In this document: in pieces, positions 1 to 12,887 of the stretch
Numbering within the stretch: position 1 is the first letter of the stretch
How the letters are laid out: the number at the start of each line of letters is the position of its first letter
Assembly: GCF_009914755.1 (NCBI RefSeq)
Contig: NC_060939.1
DNA from: the human T2T-CHM13v2.0 reference genome, Homo sapiens
Length of the DNA: 64,000 nt
Reading direction: 5' to 3' (one strand)
Made by a program: the position numbers and the translations under genes
The notes under the pieces: model-generated
Databases searched by the model: none
What the model saw: only the letters and a program-made list of their open reading frames with translations
Told to the model about the DNA's origin: nothing

Positions 1-699
1 TGCTCACTTTCTAATTTTGAGTACCTGGAGGCATACATGAGCCATAGCAGGTGTTTAAGAAAGGCTGGTGTGGGTTGACTGAATGAATGAGGGTCCCACC
101 ACTTTCCGGTGAATACTGTGCCTGAGATCTTCTGGCCACCCTCCCAGAGAGGTGCTCCCAGGTCCTGGCTCCCTCCTCCCCGCTCCTCACACTGGGCCCT
201 TCATGATAGCTCTGTAGCTTCATCTGCCTATGTTTGGTGAGTTCTACCTGTCTAGGTGACGCTTCTAAAATTAAACAACTATTAATCTGTGAATGGTAAA
301 GCATATGCATTCAGATTTTATCAAAGCAGAAAGCACATTTTACAAGGAAAAAGGTCTTTCTGATTAGCGATTATAAAATTGACTTAATTTCAATCTAGTT
401 TACCATATTCAGAAGTGCCACATTCAGAATTGGAATGGACACTTTTAATTATCTTACGAGTTTAGGCATTTCAATGTCTTCTTTTCCCCCGATTCAGCTT
501 AGCACAATGCCAGCACCCCTCTCTTTCCCACTCTCACATGGGTCTTTCTCTATATTTTCTGCGCTCTTATTACCTGGACTATTTACTTGCTTATTAATCA
601 TGTGTAACTTAGTGATATGCATCATGGTGCTCAATTGTTATTTAATTCCTGCTTTGTTAGTTCATGGCACCCATGTTTCTATCGCCCATGGAAAAATTT

Positions 700-964
700 T
701 TTTAATTTTTAATTTTTATGAGTACATAGTAGGTGTTTATATTTAGGGGGTAGATGAGATGCTTTGATACAGGCATGCAATAAGTAATAATCACATTATG
801 GAAAATGGGGTGTCCACCCCCTCAAGCACGTATCCTTTGTGTTACAAACAATCCAATTATAATCTTAGTTCTTTTAAAATATACAATTAAATTATTTTGA
901 CCTTAGTCACCCTGCTGTGCTGTGAAATACTGTTTTATTCTTTTTGTTCTTTTTTGTACCCCCT
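700..964 (-). mobile_element. L1MA (L1MA1-3-like) 3' end fragment
   Basis: Matches the reverse-complemented L1MA 3'UTR (tttatgagtacatagtaggtg...gatacaggcatgcaat...cctttgtgttacaaacaatccaattata); flanked by the near-TSD cccatggaaa(aa)ttt at 685 and 965. Confidence 0.85.
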
Positions 965-1279
965 CCCATGGAAATTTCTTGACAAGAGATCATTGTGACT
1001 TGTGCCTTTCGGGATCTAGTCACTTGAGAACTGGTTCCATGGTGCTTCAGTAAAGACCATGAAATTTCATCAAAGACTATGTCCCTCAAATAAATCTAAT
1101 TAAATGTCCTCCACTGGGTCAGTCATACGAGTGAAGTGGAAGGGAGGCCATATAGAGCAGTCTTCAGGCAGAATTCTGGTCAGAATTGTAGAAATTCTGG
1201 TCACAAGGTAAAGGCAAGAAAGGCAAGGGGTGAATGGTAGTGGTGGTGGTTTGGGGGGCACACAACATTTTTTGAATCA

Positions 1280-1472
1280 CCACATCAACTAGGTACCAGG
1301 CTAAATGATTTACACACCTGATTTCACTTAACATCTGCATAACCCTCAGATGTTGACATAATGCTGCCTCCCCTTCTACCCATAATTAAGGCCATATAGC
1401 TATTAGGTGATGAGGTTGGGGTGTGACTCCGGGTTTACCTGACTCCAAAATGATACTCTTTCCCCTATATTG
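1280..1472 (-). mobile_element. MIR SINE (degenerate)
   Basis: Reverse MIR motifs: ccaggctaaatgatttac...aaggccatatagctattaggtg...cctgactccaaa. Confidence 0.6.
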
Positions 1473-1697
1473 CTTTCAGAGTCACCTTCACTTTTCACTG
1501 CATGCACTGTCCAGAATCCCCCTTTAAGCTCAGAATGAAGGAAATGAAGGTTAATAAGAGGTCATGCTGGCAAGTCTAAGAAATGAATGGGGTCAGGACC
1601 AATGGAGAAGGAAAGTGGAAATGTCTGCGTTCTTTGTTGTCTCGGGATTGCAAAAACAAAGGAGGCAAATGGTCCTAAGCAGGTCAGTAAAGGCCAG

Positions 1698-1790
1698 TAT
1701 TGAGCACCTACTGTGTGCAAGGCAGTTTGCCACAGCACAGGGCACAAACAGAATTGGGACAAGGTTGTATTACCCAGGCTCCAGCTTACG
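1698..1790 (-). mobile_element. L2 3' fragment
   Basis: tattgagcacctactgtgtgcaaggca is the reverse of the L2 tail. Confidence 0.6.
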
Positions 1791-3477
1791 TGAAAGCCAG
1801 CTGGGCCAGCAGGACTCATTTCCCTTTCGTTGCTGCTGGAAAATCAGCATCCAATCATCTCTTGAAAGACCAAACCAAGGTAGTTCCTCAGCTTTGCTTT
1901 GCGTAGGCCCCGCCTACAGCCTCGTCTGCATGTGTCTCCCGTGGGGCTGCAGACGCGCCACTGTGTCTAGGGGCAGGTGGGTATGCGGGGAGACTAAACC
2001 AGACTTCAGGCAAGCAGGGGGTTAATAGCTCATAAAATAAAACCCTCTAACAGAAAAATGTTATTTTAATTGTATTACATTGAGGAGCCCTGAGGGTCGT
2101 GGGGTAGATAATCAAAAAGGACAAGGAGGAAATTAAAAAAGGGAAGAAGGCAATCAAAAAGGCCATTTAGGAGAGGCCCTTAATCCTCAATAGAAAGAAC
2201 ACTAATTATACTACAGAATCTCCTTATAATTAACCCTGATATAAAGTGTTTTTTGAGCAGTAATAACTTTCACATTCACAATCATTTTGATCGCAAACTC
2301 CTGTGAACACCTCACAAACAGCAGCTCACACAGGTTTGCTGGTTTTTGTCCCCAGCAAGCCCAGGGATTACACTGCTGTTCATAACCAAAAAGACAAATA
2401 TTTCTGCCCTCAGCTAAGTCCACTGCTTCATTGAACTCACCCATTGCTTTCATTTTTTGTTGTTATTGTTTTGTTTTGTTTTTTGGCAAGAATAGCTCAA
2501 AAGTCAACCATTCTTGTGCCTCCTTCCCCTTCTTTGCAATTGCTTCCCTGTGCTCGTTTTTAACCTTTAATATGACTTGGAATATCCCACGGTTGCAAAA
2601 CCCACTGAATTCCCAACATACCTTCCTTAGTGAACAGACCCCTGCTTAGATTTACCTACACTCCTAGGGCACACATTGCTGTAATAGTTCTTAACGTTTC
2701 CAGACAAAAGCAAGGATTCAGATGGACTCTGCTCAAATCCCATCCACAATAAGAGCCTCACATTCCTCTCGCTGACAGCTGATCCCTTATGAACCAAAGC
2801 TCTAAACTGTCAACTAGAACATTTTAAGCACAGATCAGAACAAGGAAAGAATGCAGACAGTTATAGATTTCAGGGGTCCCAGGGTATCTGGAGGCAAAGC
2901 AACTGGGACCAGTGCACGAAGGGAGAAGGTCCTGGAACAGGTTGTTTGGGACTTTAAAAAAAAATGGCGTGAAAGTGAAAAGAATCTGTCCCTGTCCTTA
3001 CATGAACCGGCCATCGCTCTTATCCCACCTAGTAAGAGAAGGAGCAGGATCTCAGATCCCATGAGATCCCTGGGGAGATAGTTTCAATGGGGCACCTGCC
3101 TGCCAAGTGAAACTCTAGGAGAGGTTCACGGGCACTCACTCCTGACATTCACAGCGCTCTGAAGGTATTCGTCTCCTCTGAATGCACTCCTGGACCTGGC
3201 TTCACCTCCTCCTGGCAAATACACAGTGGACGTATCTGAAAGGTCTACCTGCTCACAATGGGCTACATCCCCACTTTAACTCGGAGACTGGGACACCAAG
3301 GTTTGTGAAACACTGAGCCTAGTATTTTTCCTCTGTATCAAAAGAACGAATGCCAAAGGATTTTTTCCATTTTTCCTTGCATGTTATTGGAACTGAAAAC
3401 CTTACTTCTACTTCCCATCCGGGTGACTATTCTTCATGTAGAATTTAACAAGATAAGAAGATGCTTCCTTTTTTGCT

Positions 3478-3528
3478 TTTTTATTTATTTACCTTTTTAG
3501 AATCAGGTCTCATTATGTCACCCAGGCT
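3478..3528 (-). mobile_element. Alu monomer 3' fragment
   Basis: T-rich tail followed by agaatcaggtctcattatgtcacccaggct. Confidence 0.6.
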
Positions 3529-3974
3529 AAAATACTTTTTTGCTTTGTAAACAGAATCCATAACCAAGAGACAAATATTCTCTTACCGTTCAACAATATT
3601 AAGTATCTGCAATATACCCATCCTCCCAACTCACCCTTGGACCTAGACAATACAGGATAGGAATTATATTGACCCTGCTTGTGTAGGGACTAGGTTGCTC
3701 CTCTTCAGTTACCTATTCAGTTGAATAGCAAGTTACAGCTCATTAACACAGAAAAACATAGGACATTAGTTCATTTCCACTTAAAAATATCCCTACTAAG
3801 TAAATCATCATTCGTTTCATCCAAAATACCTACAGAGACACACAATTCACTTATAAAGTTGAATGAGGGGATTAAAAATGAAGAAAATATTATGTCTCCC
3901 ATTTAAAAAATATTATAAGTAAAATGCATTTACCAGTAAAACACACTAAAAGGATCTGCAGAAACATCCCTGCT

Positions 3975-4150
3975 CCATTCATTAATGCAACAAGTATATG
4001 CCAAGTGCTATTCATTTCTCAACACCTAAAGGTGAGCCAGGCACAGATCCTGCCCTAAAAAAAACTTAAAGTGTAGTAGGGGAGGTAACTCACATTTACA
4101 TATAATTCAACTGTAAGTCAGAGTGCGAAAAGTACTATAAGAAAGGTGCA
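3975..4150 (-). mobile_element. L2 fragment
   Basis: cattcattaatgcaacaagtat...ggcacagatcctgccct...aaagtgtagtagggga. Confidence 0.55.
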
Positions 4151-4684
4151 GATTTTTAAAAACTTTATACAATAATAAAATTATAATATAAATGTAAGAT
4201 ATTATTAATTGCATCTGGTAGAGGTCTCCCCTTGAGTTATCCCATCTGAACACAGAGCTAATACGTTGTTATATCCATAGGCGGGATATTTACAACTCCC
4301 TTTGTTGGGGTTTTATTCTAGGTGTAATTACCACTAGCAGGACAGGAGCTGGAAGCCAATAGGAAAGGCCGAAGCTGATGCTGATATTTACCTCCCCGTT
4401 TTTGGTGTCCCTTGCTTTGAGAAGGCAGGCCCCAACACTGGGTTCCCTCTCACATCCCCCCACCCCACCCCATATTCTGAGTTCCTCCCACCTCTGTTCT
4501 GCTCCATCAAAACTTCATTGACAAAGAGCCTCATGGATGCCACTAAAGAGGACAACACATTAACTGGAAATGCTCAGTCTTTCGATCACTTTCCTTACTC
4601 CAACCTCCAGTGATACATATTTTAAAAGAGTGTCCTGGAGATGAGTCTTTAGCCAAAAGAAACTCCACCTTAGGAGAAGTGGGG

Positions 4685-4795
4685 ACAACAGAGTCAGGAG
4701 TCCTGGATTCTAGTCCCAGATTAGTCACTCAATGTAGTACCCTAGGACAAATCCATTTATGTACCTGAGCCTCCATTTTCTCCATTGTTAGAATT
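4685..4795 (+). mobile_element. MIR fragment
   Basis: gagtcaggagtcctggattctagtccc...ctgagcctccattttctc MIR 5'/core. Confidence 0.65.
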
Positions 4796-5714
4796 CACCA
4801 ATAGCAGACTCCCAATGTCCTGAGTATGTAATATGCAATATAAAGCTCTCATGAATTATGCAAATAAATTTAAATACAATCATGAGAGGGAATTTTAGTG
4901 AGGTGCAAGGGATCTTTCTGACAGGAACCCTGTCTGTATTACCTTGGGTAGGGTAGGTTTGTCCTGAGGCAAGACCTGTGCCAACAAACGGCATTGAATC
5001 CAACCCAACTGGATTGTAATCATTTATACAGTTGTTAGTTGATTTCTTCTTCTGTGTATTAAATCTAAAATATGAAGTCTAATCCAACTTATACTTTATG
5101 TAGTCAGGGTTAGGGATGGTATTTTCTATGTAATATCTTACCTCTCTGCTTTAAGGCTAGTTGTGGACAACAGATTTAGTTTTTTTAAAAATTGCTAGAT
5201 TCCTTCTTTTCTGGTTCCATTTCTGGAAATAGCAACATTAGCAGCACTGAATCAAAGTGGTTCTTCTCACGACTTGTCCCTTGTCCCTTTTTACATTTAT
5301 CTCCTGTTACGCCAGCACAAATAAAACCATGAACAAGAGTAAACAGCGAATGTTGGGGAAGGAGTTTTCAAAAGCAGACCTTGGTATCACTTTTAAATAG
5401 TCCACAGTTCTAAATGAGGCTGCAAGCATCTTGTCTTCCTTCAGTTGACTGCAGGAGAAGATCTGTACTAGATGATGCTGGAAGGTCTTCCTCTATACAG
5501 GAAGACGGCTTTCCTCCCACACGGTTTCAGGTGTGCACACATGACACTCGGATGTGACTGTTAGCAGCTGGAAACTTTGAGGTTACCAAGGACCGTAGGA
5601 AATGCCATTCTTCTCATTCTGAAGAACTGAATTTGGCCAAATGGTCTTAACCTTTCATAGCCTGATTTCTTTTGTGGTTGTCTTATCGTTCAATTAATTT
5701 AAACCAACCATTCC

Positions 5715-6050
5715 TTCTTTAAAATACAGAAATAATACATGCTGGCTGGAAAAATCTTAAAAAATGCAGTAGTATGTAGAATACAAATCAAAGGAGCTTT
5801 TCACTTCCCCTGCATTCCTTAATCCTTCTCTTCTCTTTTGAGGTCAAACTTTTAAATATAACATTTTCTAGGCTACTTTCTGTGCTTTAAATATATGCTT
5901 AAATACAGATGCATGTATGTGTGTGCTCACTTGTATTTCTCTTTGCATGTTTTCCTGTGATCATTTCATTTTACTTAATACTATATCATGGATTCATTTC
6001 CAAGTCAATATATCTATATTTGGTTACTTTCTAACACTGTTTAGTATTTA
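5715..6050 (-). mobile_element. Old L1 (L1ME-like) 3' fragment
   Basis: aaataatacatgct...aaaatgcagtagtatgtaga...ttcattttacttaatactatatcatgg...tttccaagtcaatatatc. Confidence 0.5.
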
Positions 6051-6177
6051 CAAGGAATAAATAGAAAGGTATGTTACAATATGAAAACTTTATGTCTCAA
6101 CAAAATCTCAGTGAGCTATTCATATAGGAAAAGAATTTTTTTTTTTTTTGACAGACAGGACAGTATTTTCATTGTTT

Positions 6178-6342
6178 CTTTTTAAACATACTTTTATTTT
6201 AAGTCCAGGGGTACACCTGGTTTGTTACATATGTAAACATGTGTCGGGGGGTTGTTGTACGGAATATTTCATCACTCAGGTATTAAGCCTGATACCCATT
6301 AGTTATTCTTCCTAATCTTCTCCTTCCTCCCACCTTCACTGC
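6178..6342 (-). mobile_element. L1PA (older, PA13-16-like) 3' end
   Basis: acttttattttaagtccaggggtaca...tttgttacata...atttcatcactcaggtattaagcct..tacccattagttatt. Confidence 0.85.
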
Positions 6343-6659
6343 CTCTTAATAATAATCTGTCATATATTGAGGCTAACCCAGTAAGCAGGAAAGCAGCCCA
6401 GCATCTTTAACTCAAGAAACTTGTGAACTTTGGTGAGCCATATGGAGTAAACAACTGTCAGTGATGGTGGATAAGGTCATTTAAGCAGGTGTGTCTAGAA
6501 AAGAATGATGCCCCAAACCCCCAAACAATACACTTGAATTTCACCAATAAAAATTCATTCCTTTGGTCTAAACATGGCCAATACTAAGCCTTCTCTTTAA
6601 ACATGCATATGTGTTTGGGATTAGCAACCATTTAGTTTGTGGGATGCTTTCCTTTCCAG

Positions 6660-6889
6660 AAACCATGCTTCCATCTGAAAACACTGAGTGTTTCTGGTGA
6701 AAGAAGATTCTGACACTAGGGAGAGGCAGACACAAAATAGAGAAGATGTACTGAAGGAAGAAAACAGAAAAAAGTCAAAACAGCAAGGATTCCAAATTAG
6801 CCGAAGAATCAGTCCCCTGCCTAGAGATGGCCCCAACTGCTAAGAGGAAAAGTTAACTTCAGGTGAATAACATTATATTTTTTAGAAAG
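6660..6889 (+). other. Candidate non-coding exon
   Basis: Acceptor gctttcctttccag| at 6659 and consensus donor AAG|GTAAGT at 6890; purine/GAA-rich body; all three frames contain stops. Confidence 0.25.
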
Positions 6890-7914
6890 GTAAGTGGTTT
6901 CTTTGGTGAACTAGAACAGAGGAAGCAAGTAGAGCAAGCACACCAACACTCCCACTCCTTGTTTACAGCAGACATCACTAATCTATTGTGGCATTCTTGG
7001 TACTCCAGGCAGCCACTACCAGTTGACTGCTGTTAGTGCCCAAAATGAAATACAGTTTGTTATTCAGTCATGGGAGTCATCATCTCCATTATTAGCAGCC
7101 ATGAGTTTGAATTTCACAAGTAGACATGAATTGCATAAGCTTAAAGTTGCTGTCAGCGTTCTTTTTCAGCCAAGTATCTGCAGAGGAGGACACGTCCCAG
7201 GGAAAATAGGAGGTCTCTATTAGCTAATGAATTAGGATCCTGCCATACCAGGCTAGAAGTTCCGAATAGGCGAAGGGAGAGCATTGAGTAACCAGCCTCT
7301 TAGAGGCTGAGTTGAATGGTCATCTAAATCAACTGTGCTATGGAATAGGATGCATCTCTAGCAGATGCTGGGTACACAGAGTTTTCAAGAATTTAAAAAA
7401 GACGTTGCCTTAAAATGTCTTGTTTGGATAGGGCCATTTCTGCATATACACCCCCAAATTAGATTATTTTTAAAAGGTTCTATTATCTAAAAATACTATG
7501 TAACATTTTAAAATATAGTAACCATCAAGGAAAACAGAGACTGAATCTAACAGGAAGAGGATGTGAGTGTCAAATTGTTGGATTATATAAGATGGAAAGG
7601 TAGGTGCGGGTGAGCCAGCACCTTCCAGATTCCTGAGAGGCAGCAAAGTCAGGGTGCCTGTGCAGAAGTCAGGCCAAAGCTTTTCTCTCTGTGGGAAATC
7701 TTCAGCAAACAGCCAGTTCCCTGAGCTCAGGACACACCACATCTACCACCACATTTCAGGAGGCTTACTTGGAGTTTCAGTGTAGAAGTTGTCCTCAAAA
7801 AAATTAAGCAAATTAATCTAGAAAGCCTTAACCTGATTTGGCCAGCTTAGTTCAACTGTGTCAGAGGGAGGTTGAGCAAGCCCTTCCAGCTTGTCTGAGA
7901 TGTGATAATCATTC

Positions 7915-8125
7915 TCATTCTCTCTCTCTCTCTTAATCACTCGTACATATCCACCCGTGGACAAACACACGTGTACACACACCCCCCTTTACATAACCAA
8001 CACATGAACACTTACACAACCCTACATACCCTGACACGTGAACAGTTAAACATACTTACAATCACACACACACCCACATACACTCACATACTTACAGCTA
8101 CGCACACACACGTGCACTTACATGC
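7915..8125. repeat. (TC)n plus degenerate (CA)n low-complexity tract
   Basis: Directly visible. Confidence 0.85.
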
Positions 8126-9190
8126 TTCTATAAAGACTATCCTGTTATCACCCTTCAGAGATGCAGATTCAAATATTGCCCCATACCCCATCATAGTATT
8201 TTCTTTCAAAACAAAAACTACTTTCTTTTGACAGAAATCTCCGTCTTTGAAAGGGACACTCTCATAAACATTAGGCCTTGGGGACCGTGTGGAAAATAAG
8301 CACACACCTGCTCTGCGGCCGGCCCCTTTATTGCCAAGATGGCATTAGCTTGCTCCTCTGGAGGAATTCTGGCTCAGAACTTTCATAAGTTGGAGACTCA
8401 ATTATGCTTCTTATGAGTTCCCTAAATTTGGAAATGGAGGTAAATAAGGAAATGCATTAGTCAATGTCCTTCTCAACCTCCTCCCCTACTCATATTTCAA
8501 TCTTCTCCCCCTGCTTTCTTGGGGTGATTTCTTTGAATTAGTAAAAACTACCGACTGTAGAGGCCAAAAATGAGGCACAATATTGAGATGGGAATAAGGA
8601 CAGTGGAGGACACAAATGCCAATCTTACTTATGAGTATGACCAGTCTGTGTGGGTAAATCCCCAGGGCATGCAGTTTTTGCGTGGGCTGAGGCAACTCAT
8701 GTCATGCCAGACTTCACTGAAGAGTGAGCAGTGTTACTGTGAGATACCAAGGAAATAACACACTTTGACGTGAGATCTTTAGATTTTAATTAAAATGCAA
8801 ATATTAATGTTGTCAATATTGGGGGATTAAAGAGGATATTCCCCATGAATAAGTACTGAGGAAGAAAAAAGACCATGATCTGAAAGTTAAACTGTATGAT
8901 CTCCCATAAAAGGGGATGGCAGAGATATGCAAAGTCACTTTACTGAGCTTCTGGAAGGCAAAATTTGACTGGAAGCTGCCTGAATTTACAAATCCATCAG
9001 AAGGAGGTATGATAATCAAGCATGGCCATGGGAGCAGAGAGAAAAGAGTTATGGAAACAAACGTGGGCAATGGCCTGCTAGGATTTTTCAGGCCTAAGGA
9101 CCCAATCAGTTGTTCCCAGTGGATGGGAAGTTGAGTTGCCCAACTTATGTGTATCCAACTATCTGCACACAGGTGAGCGGTTAGAATAGG

Positions 9191-9193
<3 letters not shown>

Positions 9194-9243
<50 letters not shown>

Positions 9244-9345
9244 AGGAATGAGATGGGAATGAGGAAAGGAATAAGAAATGAAAAGAGGGCAACAGAGTGG
9301 CAGAGTGGGAGGAGAGAGACAGAGAGTGAGATGGAGATGAGAGAG
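9194..9345. repeat. (AG)21 microsatellite with GA-rich extension
   Basis: Perfect AG repeat 9194-9236, then a purine-rich tract. Confidence 0.95.
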
Positions 9346-9462
9346 GTGACTCTTAATCCTTCATCAGCCTCTTGAGCTTCTCAGAAGATGAACATCTCTC
9401 TGTGCTCAGCAGGATTTTTAGTGTTAATTACAGCTGCTGTTCATTCAATGTGACCCCTAAAT

Positions 9463-9622
9463 CAGTGTTCTCCAACTGAGGTCTTTGAGCCAACAGCATC
9501 AGCATCACCTGGAAAATTATTAAAATACAAACCTGAGTCTCTCCCCAGTCCTACTGAATCAGAAACTCTGGAGATGGGGCCTCTCAGTGATTCTGATGCA
9601 CGATGAAGTTTGGGGACCACTA
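9463..9622 (+). mobile_element. MER5A hAT-Charlie DNA transposon
   Basis: cagtgttctc...cagcatcagcatcacctgg...cctactgaatcagaaactctgg...gtgattctgatgca...accacta; 8-bp TSD ccctaaat/ccctaaac. Confidence 0.9.
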
Positions 9623-11924
9623 CCCTAAACACAAGCCAACTACCACATCTGGAGCTCCACTGAAAAAACAGCTGGAGAAATCTCTCTTCTTAAATAAACA
9701 CTGTAATATTCTGATTTTAACACAGGAATGATTATTTTATATATCAGTTTTGAGAGCTTGAGAGATTTGAGTCTGCTCTCTCATCTCTGAACACTGCAAA
9801 GACAAGACACGTTTTTGAGTCTGTGGAGCTAAAAGTTTGTCTTTGTAAATAGGAGACAGGCACCAACATAATGGCCCACTGTTAGATTTCTTGGGACCCC
9901 GACCTCTCCATGTCCTGCGTGGGTACTTCTCTGTTTTCACACACTTAACAGAAAAGTAGGTTTCCCTGATTTGAGAGAGATCCACACCTTGATAACATGC
10001 TGCAGAAAGATACAGTATACTCTTCCAAAAGACTATTCAGCATGGTGTAAATGTAACGGCAATCATGTAGAGACTTTGAAGTGACAGATGGGGCTAGAAA
10101 TCTCTGTGATACTTTTGGCAATGGCTAACTAAACTGTTTTCCTGCATTTCTAATACATCAATCTGTTATTTGTTTCTAGCCTGCTTTTATTGTTTCATTT
10201 TATCTGCTATTTGCACTCAGACTTGACTTGCAGACAACCATGGGCAGCACAGTTGGGTATAAAAGAGAGTTATTTAATGGTGTTATTTAAGGTGTGCACC
10301 TTAGCCATGCAGTTTACAAAAGCAAATCTCTGTGAAGTACAAAGCATCAGAGAGCAAAACAACAGTCACTGACATCTCTTCAGAGGAGAGAAAGAAGCTG
10401 AGTCACTGAGCCTGCAATTCAAGAGAAGGCAAATATATCACAGAACAAAGAATAAACCTCCACCCTGGGTCACAGGACATCTGCCTCAGAGATGTTCACC
10501 AACACAGAAAGATTTGTTGCTTATGATAAAAGACATCTGTGACAAGACATACTGAACAAAGGATTATTTGACCCCTAACTAAACATAGCTGCTGTATAAA
10601 AGGTTGTTTTTTTATATAATATTGCCAAACACTATTTCTGTAGCTCTTTTAAGAAGAGGGAGAACAGCAAGTGTTATTAAATCTGTGGTAGACATCATTC
10701 TAAACTGTACCTGGGAAAGCATATGACACCTCCATCGTAACTGCCTAATTTGCTACTTAGGGATAGAAACTAATGCTACTTAATTGAAATAAAACCAGAT
10801 GCGCTGCTGAGAGCCTACCACCTTTAGAATTATGCTAAGCATCACAGGGAAAAAAGGAAAAAAAAAAAACCAAGTTGCACTTCGGCCTCCAGAAGAGACA
10901 AGGTAAACAGAAGGTGAGTTCAAAAATGTTTGTATTTAGAGAACTCCATGTGAATTGGAATGTGGCAGGAGAAGCTTTCATAGAAGAGATGAACTTTGCT
11001 CAGTGGGTAAAATTTCACAAGGCAGTTTGGCAGGAAACACAAGCAAAGCAGCACAATGGATTCAAGGCTCAGTGGTTTTGAAGATAAAATTCAATCCCTC
11101 ACTTCCATTTGGGATGAAATATTGGGAAGCAGCAAAAGTGTCACCAGCAGGAAGGTCAACTCACCATTGGAGACAGACTTATTGACTTGACTGGCCAAGC
11201 CCAATTTAATCCTCCATCCCCAATTCTAAACACACAGTAGACTAGATGTACCCATGCCCTTCACAACACACGTTTCAGCTGTTACCTCTCCCAATTATCT
11301 TGCTTACCTGTCAACTTTAAGGCGTCATCTAGGGATCAAGCAGATGCCTTCAGAAGCCAGGACTGAGTCTAGGGGAGGGGCTGAACAGGTTACAGGGCTG
11401 GGGGATTCTCACTAGGGATGTCAGTTCACTGCTGGCTAAGAGTGGGGCCCAGATTCAGTCTTCTCCTTTTTTTCCCCTGGTCCCAAAGTATCCTGGAACA
11501 GTGTTTTCTGGTTGGGCTATGAGTTTTCATGGTGGCAATCTCAGTTGGTACAGGAACCTAAGGTAGACGGCAGAGGTGCTAGCAGCATGGCGGGAAGTCA
11601 GAGTTATTAAGGAAAATATCCGAAATACAACCCATTCTGTCTCCCTCTTCCAACTAGCAATAATCAGGAAGGCCCTTCAGCTTCAGTAATATTTGAGAAA
11701 GGACTCCTGCACCCAGAGGAAAACCTTTGCATAGGCCAGCATTCGGTTTAAGACTTTTGGCCTTGTCCTCTCAGTTCATGAACTCTGATTTGATATTCTG
11801 TTACCTGAACAAACTCTGATCTGATATATATTTTTTTCTTCCTGAAAAAGAAGTGCATTGGAGGTATGGTGATTTCCAGAGCATCTCTGAGGAAGTGTAA
11901 GTCTGTTTGTGTGGCCCCTGTCTA

Positions 11925-12046
11925 CCATGTATTATAATGATTTATGGGTCTGCCTCGCTGTCCCCTACTAGAGTATCAGCCTCAACACTCTCTACCTTGC
12001 TCAGTCTAAAAATTTATACTGGGGAAACATTCAATAAACAGTTATA
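11925..12046 (+). mobile_element. L2 3' fragment (host of the 5S insertion)
   Basis: ccatgtattataatgattta...tgtcccctactagagtatcagc...attcaataaaca. Confidence 0.45.
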
Positions 12047-12049
12047 GGC

Positions 12050-12139
12050 ATCTACGGCCATACCTCCCTGAAGGTGCCCGATCTTGTCTGATCTTGGAAG
12101 CTAAGCAGAGCCGAGCCTGGTTAGTACTTCGATAGGAGA
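12050..12139 (+). pseudogene. 5S rRNA pseudogene, 3'-truncated (RNA5SP-type)
   Basis: 79/90 nt identical to human 5S rRNA nt 1-90 by manual alignment (TCTACGGCCATACC...GCTAAGCAG...CCTGGTTAGTACTT); last ~30 nt absent. Confidence 0.95.
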
Positions 12140-12701
12140 ATAAATAGATACACCTTGGCTAAAGGAACATAGCGGTGAGAATTCAAGTTCTTGCCACCTT
12201 CCCAATGCCTCGAAGACAGAAAACTGAGGTCTTGCTAGACCTTTATTTACCACCGCTCCTTACCACTATGTCCTTTCCTAGAGCCCACCGGTGCAGCTCT
12301 TCCTAAATGCCTCAGCATCCAAGTGTACTTTCAGACCTGAACCCCTGCAGCGCCTTTATCCTGGACCATTCTGCTACAACCATTTCATAGCTGTGCATCA
12401 CTAGAGGGGATGCCAGTGGGTGGTTAGGGAAGGTATCAAATTGCATGGAACAGGAGAGGGTACAATCAGGTGGATCATGTTGTCACTGCTGTTGGACGGT
12501 CTCGTGGTCCAACTGCACACAGCCCTTCTGGAAAAGTGATGATGTCTACTTCTACCTATTTCCAGGAAAGGAAGTTCTATAACTTCAGGCAGACAATTCC
12601 TATGTCTAAAATTCATTACGTCCCCTAGTAATTGCAGGATGGTGCTCTTGGAAGAGCACCACCTATTGGCAAAAAGACCAATGGAAGGTTAACCTCTAGA
12701 C

Positions 12702-12887
12702 TAGTGCTTCTCAGGGTGTGGCCTCTGGACCAGCGGCATGGGCAGTACCTGGGAACTAGGTTAGAAATGCCAGTTCTTGGGTCCCATCCCAGACTGACTG
12801 AATCAGAAACTCTGGGCATGGGCTCAGCAATCTGTTTTTAACAAGTCCTCCAAGTGATTCTGATGCTCACTCGTTTCAGAACCCCTG
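12702..12887 (+). mobile_element. MER5A, near full length
   Basis: Colinear with the MER5A consensus, including tgaatcagaaactctggg and taacaagtcctccaagtgattctgatgc. Confidence 0.9.

Noticed and set aside
1564-2025. 153-aa ORF
   Set aside because: Overlaps an L2 fragment; no recognisable domain or exon structure
8813-9292. 159-aa ORF with an SL repeat
   Set aside because: Artefact of the (AG)n microsatellite
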